This document shows positions 13,134-21,777 of a DNA stretch of 34,083 nucleotides, in pieces. This DNA comes from a virus (lineage: Duplodnaviria > Caudoviricetes). A program made the position numbers and the translations under genes. The stretch is from positions 1-34,083 of the IMG/VR virus record IMGVR_UViG_3300020044_005404; one strand, given 5' to 3'. Under the pieces are notes generated by a model that saw only the letters and a program-made list of their open reading frames with translations, did not search any database and had not been told where the DNA came from. Every line of letters begins with the position of its first letter. Positions within the stretch are counted from its first letter, which is position 1.

Positions 13134-15638
13134 ATGAACCAACTTATTACAACGGCTAGACAATACCTAGCCAGTGGGATATCTGTCACCCTAACAGATA
13201 ACCGTAAAGTATCACTCCTTAACTGGAAAGATTTCCAAAGCCGTCTAGCTACTGAAGATGAGCTTCAGAGCAAAGCCGATAAGGCACAAGGCATAGCCAT
13301 CATCTGCGGAGCTATCAGCGGTAATCTTGAAGTCATTGACATCGATACCAAGTACGACCTGACAGGTAAGCTATTCGATAACTTGATGGTTTTTCTTGGA
13401 GACCTAGCAGATCTGTTAGTCATCGCACGTACCAAGTCAGGCGGTTACCATCTTTACTACCGATGCGATACCGTACAAGGTAATCAGAAGCTCGCACGTA
13501 GGCCCGTGTCGGACGCTGAAGCATCCGACAACCCACACGTCAAGGTAATGGTACTAATAGAGACCCGTGGCGAAGGTGGATACATCGTAGCACCACCAAC
13601 GGATGGCTATTCTTGGATACATAACGATTGGCAGGATATCCAAACCATAACCACCGAACAGCGGGATGCTATCTTTGAAATCTGCCGCTCCTTCAATGAG
13701 TACCTCGAAGAACCTGTAATCCTTAAGAAGTCCGATGCAGAGTCAGGGTTCGGAGTGTCACCCATCGATGACTTTAACAGCCGAGGTGACGTTCTTGCAC
13801 TACTTCAGAAACACGGATGGACAAAGGTCCGTAATTCCTGTGACCGTACCTACCTACGCCGTCCCGGCAAAGAAGATGGTATAAGTGGCGACTTTCTGCA
13901 TTCAAAGCGTTGGTTCAGTGTCTTTACCACATCCAGTCAGTTTGAGCCTACCAAAGCCTACTACCCGTCAGCCGTTTATGCAATCCTTGAATGTAATGGA
14001 GACTTTAACGAAGCCGTCAAACGACTGGCATCGGAAGGATATGGCGAAGACATTAGCACCCATAACCGTAAGAAGATACTCGATAACTTTATCAAGAAAC
14101 TCCGTGAGAATAACCACGATGATGATGATATCGAGACTATCCTAATACGTGAAAAAAACCTAAAGCCCAAACAGGCAAAGAAAGCCGTTCAGGATAGCTA
14201 CAAGATGACAGAGCCGTCTGGGGCGTTCTGGAGTCGTAACGATAAAGATAAGCTCGAAATCAACAAGGCTAAACTTATCGAGTTCCTTGTAAACAATGGT
14301 TTTTATCTTATGGCTTATGATGCCAATGGTAACGATATGCGCCTTGTTAACGTCAAGGACTTCATGATAGAAGAAAGCTCCATCGAAAAGGTAAAGAAGT
14401 GCATCATAAACTACGTCAAGACCATCGACCAAGAAGTCGAGGATTGGATAATGAACCGGCCTAACCTTATCAATGAAGCATTTTTGGAATTCCTTCCAAA
14501 GATAGAACCCAAACTTTTAGAAGATACCAAAACAACCGCCTACTTTCCTTTCATCAATAAGATAGTTAAGATAACCAAGGACGGCATAGAATTAGTTGAC
14601 TATGGCGATATAAAAAAACACATCTGGCGGTCGGCTAAGATTGACTATGAGATAGAGATAGAACAGATACTCTTTGATGATGAGTTCCGTATAGACCCAG
14701 AGATGGATGTCTATGCTCAATTTATCAGACTTATCTGCAATGAGAATACCGACCGTTGGTTTGCCGTCAACACTCACATCGGGTACCTGTTACACAAATA
14801 CAAAGACCCGACATTGGCAGTAGCCGTAATCCTTGCTGAAGAAACCGATAACGATGCCAAAGGTGGCGGTACAGGAAAGGGAATCTTTGTCAAAGCCATC
14901 GGCGAACTGGTCAAAGGTGAGACCATCGATGGTAAGAACTTCAAGCTCGATAAGTCCTTTGCCTTCCAACGAGTCGGACTCGATACCCGTATCCTTGCTA
15001 TTCAGGATATTCGGGCAAAGGTGGACTTTGAGGGATTCTATTCCATTATAACCGAGGGGATAACCGTTGAAAAGAAAGGGCAGGCTGAAATCTTTATTAA
15101 CTACGACAGGTCGCCAAAGATTATATTCACCACAAACTACATGGTTCCAAATATCGGCAACCACGCAAAACGCCGCCAACGGGTTATCCCTTTCTCCGAC
15201 TTCTTCAGCCCGGAACGCACTCCGATGGATGTATTTCAACATCAGTTCTTTACCGGGTGGGATAAGGGCCAATGGAAGCTATTCTATAACTACCTTTTTG
15301 CCTGTTGTCAGTACTATCTTCGTAAAGGACTTATAGAGGTTCCGGTCACGGAAGGTATGCAGCTAAAAAGCCTTAAAACCGCATTTGGTGAAGAATTTAA
15401 GAAGTGGTGGGTAGACTTTATTGCCGATGGATTGAACGTTGAGCATGAGTTCAAGGTCTTGTATAATTCCTTTCTGTCAGCATCCGAGATGCCAGAACAT
15501 GAGTACAGCCGTAAAAGATTCCGGAAGGGATTGGACACGGCATCGACCATGTTCGGACTAGAAATCAAGCATCACAACCATGGACCGATAGGTGGAAGGA
15601 TGGTTTCTTTCATTAAAAACGCATCAGTTAATGTATAA
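13134..15638 (+). CDS. Bifunctional Prim-Pol (AEP) primase fused to SF3/D5-like helicase
   Basis: N-terminal VIDID, TKSGGYHLYY and RGEGGYIVAPPT; C-terminal Walker A GGGTGKG and motif C FTTN. Confidence 0.92.
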   Translation: MNQLITTARQYLASGISVTLTDNRKVSLLNWKDFQSRLATEDELQSKADKAQGIAIICGAISGNLEVIDIDTKYDLTGKLFDNLMVFLGDLADLLVIARTKSGGYHLYYRCDTVQGNQKLARRPVSDAEASDNPHVKVMVLIETRGEGGYIVAPPTDGYSWIHNDWQDIQTITTEQRDAIFEICRSFNEYLEEPVILKKSDAESGFGVSPIDDFNSRGDVLALLQKHGWTKVRNSCDRTYLRRPGKEDGISGDFLHSKRWFSVFTTSSQFEPTKAYYPSAVYAILECNGDFNEAVKRLASEGYGEDISTHNRKKILDNFIKKLRENNHDDDDIETILIREKNLKPKQAKKAVQDSYKMTEPSGAFWSRNDKDKLEINKAKLIEFLVNNGFYLMAYDANGNDMRLVNVKDFMIEESSIEKVKKCIINYVKTIDQEVEDWIMNRPNLINEAFLEFLPKIEPKLLEDTKTTAYFPFINKIVKITKDGIELVDYGDIKKHIWRSAKIDYEIEIEQILFDDEFRIDPEMDVYAQFIRLICNENTDRWFAVNTHIGYLLHKYKDPTLAVAVILAEETDNDAKGGGTGKGIFVKAIGELVKGETIDGKNFKLDKSFAFQRVGLDTRILAIQDIRAKVDFEGFYSIITEGITVEKKGQAEIFINYDRSPKIIFTTNYMVPNIGNHAKRRQRVIPFSDFFSPERTPMDVFQHQFFTGWDKGQWKLFYNYLFACCQYYLRKGLIEVPVTEGMQLKSLKTAFGEEFKKWWVDFIADGLNVEHEFKVLYNSFLSASEMPEHEYSRKRFRKGLDTASTMFGLEIKHHNHGPIGGRMVSFIKNASVNV

Positions 15639-15840
15639 GAGATTGATAATCAATGAGTATAACCAAAATACCGATTTTACTCAATTCCCTATACTCTCTC
15701 TCTCTCTTTTTATTATTATAATTATTACTATTATAGAATATAGAAAAAATCAGTTAATCAGTTAATAAGAATATAACTATATAACATTCAATATATTATA
15801 GAGTTAACAGATTTTAACCGATTCACTAAATCAGTTAATC
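15622..15840. other. Putative replication origin: AT-rich region with AATCnGTTAA iterons
   Basis: Direct copies at 15748, 15756 and 15829 (near copy at 15622); inverted copies at 15804 and 15814; palindrome ATTGAT-A-ATCAAT; immediately after the primase-helicase. Confidence 0.65.
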
Positions 15841-16071
15841 ATGAGAAAGAACCTAAAAAACGCAGGATTCAAGTTGGTGACCAGCTCCAATAGCTTTGAA
15901 TTATGGGTTACGCCCAAAACTGGGCGTATTTGCTACATTGGGCGTTATGATGCCATCGCTACCGCCATTGCGACCAACGGCGGTATAACAGTCGATAAAG
16001 ACGCTCCAATCGAGGCCGTTATCCATCAACTAAATTCGGATGAACATTACCTGATTGATAAAATGCTTTAG
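15841..16071 (+). CDS. Hypothetical protein
   Basis: 76 aa ORF after the origin. Confidence 0.55.
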   Translation: MRKNLKNAGFKLVTSSNSFELWVTPKTGRICYIGRYDAIATAIATNGGITVDKDAPIEAVIHQLNSDEHYLIDKML

Positions 16072-16113
16072 GACGTGCCTAACGTTCGATTTAAGACACT
16101 ATCTTTGCTACTG

Positions 16114-16716
16114 ATGACAAACTACTCACAAAACGATGAACAGGCCGTTATAACTGCTTATTTTGGCTCAAATGTTGGACACTTTCTCGATATCGGGGCC
16201 TACGATGGCGTAAGGCTCTCAAATACAAGGGCTTTGCTCGAAAACGGATGGACCGGTGTACTGGTAGAGCCGTCACCAATGGTATTCCCTCAACTGATGG
16301 CCAACACCGTGGACTATCAGGATAAGGTAACCCTAGTCAACGCAGCCATCGTTACCGAGACCACCGACCCGGTAGAATTTTGGGACTCGATGGGAGATGC
16401 CATCAGCACCACCGACCCGAAGCACTTGGAGAAATGGAAGTCTCACCAATCATGGCGTAAGTTCTGGATCATGCCGCTGCGGGCGCAGAAGTTCTGCATG
16501 GTCTTTGGATTCGACTGGGACTTCGTATCCATTGACGTGGAAGGACAGAACCTGAACGTTCTTCGTTCCTTACCCCTTGGTAACTTCGATAAGATGAAGA
16601 TGCTTTGCGTTGAGTTCGACATGGATGCCGGAAAGATTATCGACTGGGTCACAGGCCTAGGTATCGGAATGAAGCTTGTTCACCGTAATGCGGAAAACCT
16701 TATCTTTGCTAAATAG
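16114..16716 (+). CDS. FkbM-family SAM-dependent methyltransferase
   Basis: YSQN, FLDIGAYDG..SNT..L...GWTGVLVEP, SIDVEG, CVE. Start moved to ATG 16114, behind TATCTTTG (16100-16107). Confidence 0.9.
   Translation: MTNYSQNDEQAVITAYFGSNVGHFLDIGAYDGVRLSNTRALLENGWTGVLVEPSPMVFPQLMANTVDYQDKVTLVNAAIVTETTDPVEFWDSMGDAISTTDPKHLEKWKSHQSWRKFWIMPLRAQKFCMVFGFDWDFVSIDVEGQNLNVLRSLPLGNFDKMKMLCVEFDMDAGKIIDWVTGLGIGMKLVHRNAENLIFAK
16701..16708 (+). promoter_or_regulatory. Candidate -7 promoter box for the terminase operon
   Basis: TATCTTTG, 34 nt upstream of the terS ATG. Confidence 0.45.
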
Positions 16717-16742
16717 TTTGTTCACATCAAATTCCATCAAAA

Positions 16743-17078
16743 ATGGGTTTACCAAAGGGTAAGACAAACAATCCTAAGGGCCGTCCCGTTGGCATACGCA
16801 GCGAGAAAGCCGTTCAATGGGATATGATAAAGGAAACATTCATGACGGCTCACACCGAACGAGCGAACCGTGTACTGGCATCCCTTGACGATGAAAAGTT
16901 TTTGGATGCTTACATGAAGATGCTCGAATACTTTAAGCCTAAGTTGGCACGGAGCGAAAACACGAACACAAACGATACTAAAGTCACCATCGAGGTGAAT
17001 TGGGATAATGACCAAAAGTTTATCCATACAGCTCCAAAAGCCTCACTTCAATCAGGACAGGGTACTGAAGGAAGCTAA
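16743..17078 (+). CDS. terS: Terminase small subunit
   Basis: N-terminal KG.TNNPKGRP motif and Y.KPKL; overlaps terL. Confidence 0.75.
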   Translation: MGLPKGKTNNPKGRPVGIRSEKAVQWDMIKETFMTAHTERANRVLASLDDEKFLDAYMKMLEYFKPKLARSENTNTNDTKVTIEVNWDNDQKFIHTAPKASLQSGQGTEGS

Positions 17079-18231
17079 ACGCTTCAACCTACTTAAGTGT
17101 GGACGAAGATTCGGGAAGTCAACACTATCCATCTACAAGGCAGCTGAAGCCTTGGTGAAAGGGGAGTCAGTAGCTTACTTTGCCCCTACCTACAAGGACG
17201 CATCGGAATGGTGGAGTGAGATAGGTTGGAGACTGCAACCGATGATAACATCCAAGGACTCGACCCTTAAGCAGATAAAGACCATGACGGGTGGTAAGTT
17301 GGACGTTTGGTCCTTTGATAATCCTGACAGCGGTCGAGGTCGTAAGTACCATTTGGTTCTTATCGATGAGTGCGAGAAAGGCGGTAACTTTGAGGTAGCT
17401 TGGAAGCAATCCATCCGACCTACCCTAACGGACTACAAGGGTTCGGCATGGTTCTTTAGTACCCCACAGTTCGGACGGACGTTCTTTAAGGAGCTATTCG
17501 GTTATCAGGAAAGGTTAGACGATTGGAAGTCTTGGAAGTTCACCACCTACGATAACCCGTACATCGACCCAGCTGAGGTTGATGCGGCTAAGAATGAACT
17601 GGACCCGTTGACGTTCGCCTGTGAGTACATGGCCGAAGATGTCGACCTATCCAATAAGCCGTTCGCCTATTGCTTTGATAAGACTAAGCACGTCAAGCCT
17701 GTCAGGTATGAAAGTGGTCATTATTTATACATGAGCTTTGACTTTAACGTAGACCCTATCACTTGTGTTGCCAGTCAGTACATCAACGGAGAGATACGTT
17801 TCATCCGTGAGTTCAGGCTATCCAACTCCAATATCTACGAGCTTTGCGACCAAGTACGGGCGGTCTATCCCGATGCGGTCTACATGGTTACAGGTGATGC
17901 CAGTGGTCAGGCACGGTCAGCATTGACCATTGGAAACATTAACTACTACTCAGTAATCCGTGAGAAGCTCCTACTTAATAAGGGACAGTTCAAGGTGCCA
18001 ACGGTTAACCCGGCTATCAGTGACTCTCAGGTATTGACCAACAGTATCCTTCAGAACCATACCGTTTACTTTGACCCATCGATGACGTGGACTATCGATG
18101 ATATGCTTTACGTGGAGGTGACGGATACGGGGGGCATCGATAAGGCTAAGGATAAACATCGGTCTCACTTATTGGATGCTGTTCGATATACTTTTAGTAC
18201 CTTTCACAAACATTTAATTAAGGTCTTTTGA
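17008..18231 (+). CDS. terL: Terminase large subunit
   Basis: Walker A GRRFGKS, Walker B LIDE, STP coupling motif, nuclease DFNVDP and HLLDAVRY. Confidence 0.95.
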   Translation: MTKSLSIQLQKPHFNQDRVLKEAKRFNLLKCGRRFGKSTLSIYKAAEALVKGESVAYFAPTYKDASEWWSEIGWRLQPMITSKDSTLKQIKTMTGGKLDVWSFDNPDSGRGRKYHLVLIDECEKGGNFEVAWKQSIRPTLTDYKGSAWFFSTPQFGRTFFKELFGYQERLDDWKSWKFTTYDNPYIDPAEVDAAKNELDPLTFACEYMAEDVDLSNKPFAYCFDKTKHVKPVRYESGHYLYMSFDFNVDPITCVASQYINGEIRFIREFRLSNSNIYELCDQVRAVYPDAVYMVTGDASGQARSALTIGNINYYSVIREKLLLNKGQFKVPTVNPAISDSQVLTNSILQNHTVYFDPSMTWTIDDMLYVEVTDTGGIDKAKDKHRSHLLDAVRYTFSTFHKHLIKVF

Positions 18232-18232
18232 G

Positions 18233-18418
18233 ATGCCTACCTATTACGATAAGGTATTCTATGTCTATCCCGACAGCAAGCAGCCGGAACGGGCAAGGAT
18301 TGACGGGGTGTATTGTAACCTATTCTACCAGTTTAGCAGCTATGGTGAGGCATGGCTATTCCTATTAGAGAACCACATCAGACGTATTGAAGAGTACAAG
18401 CACGATGATAAGAACTAA
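18233..18418 (+). CDS. Hypothetical protein
   Basis: 61 aa, tightly packed. Confidence 0.55.
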   Translation: MPTYYDKVFYVYPDSKQPERARIDGVYCNLFYQFSSYGEAWLFLLENHIRRIEEYKHDDKN

Positions 18419-18836
18419 ACCATTCTGCCAGTTCCTTTACGATATGCACGACCGCCCGGCAAAGGATGCGGTCTATCGCTTTCTACTCAAGTGGTATGCA
18501 TCGGACATCCATCCGGACCAACAGCCTAACGAGTACGGACGTTACGACTTCATAATGTACAAGGGAGACGATGAGGTAAAGGTCGAGGTTCAACGTAAGC
18601 TCGGATGGACGGAACGGGGCAGATGGCAGCGGAACTTCAACAGCATCGACATCGAATACCGTAAGCTAAAGAGTGAGGCGGACTTGTTCTGCATCGTTAA
18701 CGCTACCATTGATACGGTCGCCATCATCCGTAGGGATGTGGTTATGCGAAGCCCTGTCACTGAAAAGGATACCCGTTACGGTCGTGAGCCTTTCTTTAAT
18801 ATACCTATCTTTAAAGCCTATATCTCTATCATATGA
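18405..18836 (+). CDS. Putative PD-(D/E)XK-fold nuclease
   Basis: YD....(K)VEVQRK..W spacing resembles restriction-endonuclease-like active sites. Confidence 0.45.
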   Translation: MIRTKPFCQFLYDMHDRPAKDAVYRFLLKWYASDIHPDQQPNEYGRYDFIMYKGDDEVKVEVQRKLGWTERGRWQRNFNSIDIEYRKLKSEADLFCIVNATIDTVAIIRRDVVMRSPVTEKDTRYGREPFFNIPIFKAYISII

Positions 18837-19621
18837 AAATCCTAGTGAAGTGGCCGACACGGTCACGCCCTAATAAGTTTCTCAAGACCTTGTACCTGTA
18901 TCAGTCTTTGCGGTCTACGGAAACGGTTGACTTCCTGATTACCATCGATAGCGATGACCATAGGATGTTACAGCGTGATGTGGTCAATACCTTAAGGCAG
19001 TGGGGCAACCTACGCTATGAGATTATCGAGCCATGTGGTAAGATAGGTGCTATCAATAGCGGCGTGGAAGCTATCAGTAGGCAGTACGACATCATTGTAC
19101 TGGCATCGGATGACATGATACCGGCGGTCAAGGAGTGGGATAAGCGGATAGCCGATGACATGGAGCGGCTCTATCCTGATACGGATGGGGTGCTGTGGTA
19201 TAACGATGGGTATGTTGGTGATAAGCTTAACACCCTTTGTATCCTTGGCACTAAGTACTACCGCCGTTTCAACTACATCTACCATCCGGATTATCAAGCA
19301 CTTTGGTGCGATAACGAGTTTATGGAAGTGGCTTCTATGTTGGGGAAACAGACCTACTTTAAAGACGTTATCATCCGCCATGAGCATCCTATTCACGGTC
19401 ACGGACGGCAGGATAACCTAAACCATAGAGACAATCATTTGTATTATGAAGACAAACGAACCTACGACCTTCGAAAGTCCAACAACTTTGGAATCACAGC
19501 CATTACTAAGCCTATTGATACCGACCCTTCAGAACCGGACGGAGCTGTTCGGCAAGTTGCTCAAGGAGATAAACAGCCAGATAGCAAACCTAAACGCAGA
19601 AGGAAAGGTTCAAGTGTGTAG
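18833..19621 (+). CDS. Glycosyltransferase (GT-A fold, GT2-like)
   Basis: PTRSRP, IDSDD, GKIGAIN, ASDDM (DxD-like), WCDNE, H.HP. Confidence 0.88.
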   Translation: MKILVKWPTRSRPNKFLKTLYLYQSLRSTETVDFLITIDSDDHRMLQRDVVNTLRQWGNLRYEIIEPCGKIGAINSGVEAISRQYDIIVLASDDMIPAVKEWDKRIADDMERLYPDTDGVLWYNDGYVGDKLNTLCILGTKYYRRFNYIYHPDYQALWCDNEFMEVASMLGKQTYFKDVIIRHEHPIHGHGRQDNLNHRDNHLYYEDKRTYDLRKSNNFGITAITKPIDTDPSEPDGAVRQVAQGDKQPDSKPKRRRKGSSV

Positions 19622-20078
19622 CCTTTCGGATAACAGGCAGATGTCCATCGGGGATAAGCGTAACCGCCTGATGGCAATGGCTACGGGTAAGTACATTGCC
19701 TTTATCGATGATGATGACACTATCCACCGTGACTACCTACGTCATGTTTTACGGGCGTTGGAACTTGATCCTGATGTGGTTGGTTTGGTGGGAGAGATAA
19801 CCATGCAGGCAACCGGCAGGGGGACTATCCGTAGGAAGTTCTTCCATACCATCCGTAACGATAGGTACTACCAGTCCCAACGTGGATACGAAAGACCGCC
19901 GAACCATCTGAACCCGATGCGTAAGAGTATTGCTCAAACGTTTGAATTTGTGGATAAAAGCCACGGAGAGGATACGGATTGGGCGATGCGAATATGTAAG
20001 TCAAAGGTCCTTAAGTCTGAGGTCATGGTGGATAATATACTTTATTTCTACAACTTCAATCCCAATAAAAAGTATTAA
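19446..20078 (+). CDS. Glycosyltransferase family 2
   Basis: LSLLIPT, IGDKRN.L...A.GKYIAFIDDDD, GEDTDW. Confidence 0.92.
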   Translation: MKTNEPTTFESPTTLESQPLLSLLIPTLQNRTELFGKLLKEINSQIANLNAEGKVQVCSLSDNRQMSIGDKRNRLMAMATGKYIAFIDDDDTIHRDYLRHVLRALELDPDVVGLVGEITMQATGRGTIRRKFFHTIRNDRYYQSQRGYERPPNHLNPMRKSIAQTFEFVDKSHGEDTDWAMRICKSKVLKSEVMVDNILYFYNFNPNKKY

Positions 20079-20088
20079 CTTTGTAGGT

Positions 20089-20445
20089 ATGAGCATCAAT
20101 ATCTGTGATTTATGTTATGAAGTTACCGTTCCTGCCTGTCAGGATACGTACACTTTTGACACTGGACTAACGGCGGCCACCTATTATACGCTGATTTTAG
20201 AGGATATTAACGGCAACCAGTACAACTATATCAGCACCCCGGCAGGCGGTTCAGGAACATGGACACTGAATACATCCTACTTTCCTGATGGTATGTTCAA
20301 CCAATGGTCGGGCAGTTATAGGATTACGTTTAGTGCCGATACTAGCGGTGACGCTACGGTCGGTGATGAAGAGCTTACAATCGATGGCAGTAGTTATTTC
20401 TGCATCATTATGAAGATGGTCAAATCTACATTGGTATACGATTGA
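20089..20445 (+). CDS. Hypothetical beta-rich, probably virion protein
   Basis: Start moved to ATG 20089 (MSINICDLC), 5 nt after the TAACTTTG box at 20076-20083. Confidence 0.6.
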   Translation: MSINICDLCYEVTVPACQDTYTFDTGLTAATYYTLILEDINGNQYNYISTPAGGSGTWTLNTSYFPDGMFNQWSGSYRITFSADTSGDATVGDEELTIDGSSYFCIIMKMVKSTLVYD

Positions 20446-20819
20446 TGGAATGGTCTGAACTCTTTGCGATGGCTTTGGCCAATAGTCTTGTTATCTTTGG
20501 GATTAACAAGGCTACCGCTTTTGAGTTCTGCCATCCCGATGACAACGGCTCGGAGTTCTGCGATGGTGACGGGGTGGATAAGGATAGCAAGATGGTGCTG
20601 TATCGTTTCCGTCTATGGTCGATACAATCCCTTGGTAATTTCTGGAGTAAGCCGCTGTTCACCTGTCCGCCGTGTATGGCATCCGTTCACTCGACCTACT
20701 TCTATTGGGGACTGATGCCAGCCACTCAGGAATCGTTAATACTTTACCCCTTGTACGTCTTGGGGCTTTCAGGGTTAGTAGCACTAATCAATTCAGTAAC
20801 TAAATATGGAAATACTTAA
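20445..20819 (+). CDS. Membrane protein with CxxC (DUF1360-like)
   Basis: 2-3 hydrophobic helices, KPLFTCPPCMAS motif and a loop Cys pair. Confidence 0.65.
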   Translation: MEWSELFAMALANSLVIFGINKATAFEFCHPDDNGSEFCDGDGVDKDSKMVLYRFRLWSIQSLGNFWSKPLFTCPPCMASVHSTYFYWGLMPATQESLILYPLYVLGLSGLVALINSVTKYGNT

Positions 20820-21093
20820 GGAAGCACTGGAAAGAAACGGGTTTGAATACATTGGACCTTGTAAGATTTGTGGCGGTCGGGGCTTTGAGTATAAGCTAAA
20901 CAAGACCATTGCCAAGATTAAAAAGGATGACCAAGGTAGGGAGCTAAAGGTTACCCTAAGCGGATGGACACAACAGGGACGGCGGATAATACCAACACAG
21001 ATAGAGAGAAAGAACCCGAACCATATAGAGAATATAGATACCCTAATAAGAAAACATTCAGGTCTAGATGACAATTCAAGCACAGAACAATAA
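20806..21093 (+). CDS. Hypothetical protein with CxxC
   Basis: 95 aa, contains CKICGG. Confidence 0.6.
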   Translation: MEILKEALERNGFEYIGPCKICGGRGFEYKLNKTIAKIKKDDQGRELKVTLSGWTQQGRRIIPTQIERKNPNHIENIDTLIRKHSGLDDNSSTEQ

Positions 21094-21691
21094 CGACCAT
21101 TGGGTAGTAGACGAAGGTCACGTCATCGTCCCGGCATTTATGTCGGGTGGCGTTCAGTACTACCAGATGAAGGACATCTTCAACAGCTTTGCCGGACGGG
21201 CATTGGATGCTATGGCCATCTACGAAAAGTGGTCTATGCGTACCAGTCCGGAGTTCATGACGGCATGGCTAACGGCTTTGGAGAATACTATCAACGCTAA
21301 TCCTATTAAGATTACCGAGGTCGCCGACATGATTAACGTGATGCGTGAGCGTATCAACTTCGCTATCCCTACGGAGTCTATCATTTGGGAACTGGCAGCC
21401 GTGGCGTTCTTTGACCGTAATGAGTCACCATACCGTTACGACCCTGAGTACGCTAAGGATAAGATATCCCGATGGAAAGAGGATGAGGGCTTGCCCGCTT
21501 TTTTTTTCAAGACCCCACTAAAGGATATGGTCAGCTTTCCCGACTTATCGGAGAAAGGTTTAGAGACTTATTTGAAGGCGGTGGAGGCGGTATCAGGGAA
21601 ACAGTTAGAGAAAGTGCTATCAAAAGTTTTGTCCGGTCAGCTGAATCCCGGTTTATTATCAGTGTTAGAATCCGAACGGAGTTTGGTTTAG
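21068..21691 (+). CDS. Tail assembly chaperone (gpG-like)
   Basis: Immediately upstream of the tape measure gene; contains a T9 slippery run. Confidence 0.65.
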   Translation: MTIQAQNNNDHWVVDEGHVIVPAFMSGGVQYYQMKDIFNSFAGRALDAMAIYEKWSMRTSPEFMTAWLTALENTINANPIKITEVADMINVMRERINFAIPTESIIWELAAVAFFDRNESPYRYDPEYAKDKISRWKEDEGLPAFFFKTPLKDMVSFPDLSEKGLETYLKAVEAVSGKQLEKVLSKVLSGQLNPGLLSVLESERSLV

Positions 21692-21777
21692 ATGCTAACA
21701 AACTTAACGTTTATGAGTATTACCTGCTCTTGGAGCAGTTAGAAAAGTTAAGTCGTGGCAGAAACAGTCGTCATTAA
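21499..21777 (+). CDS. -1 frameshift extension of the tail chaperone (gpGT-like, about 236 aa fusion)
   Basis: T TTT TTT/T TTT TTC slippery site at 21499-21508. The -1 frame is open to TAA 21775-21777, filling the gap and overlapping the TMP start. Confidence 0.75.
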   Translation, partial: FFFQDPTKGYGQLSRLIGERFRDLFEGGGGGIRETVRESAIKSFVRSAESRFIISVRIRTEFGLDANKLNVYEYYLLLEQLEKLSRGRNSRH

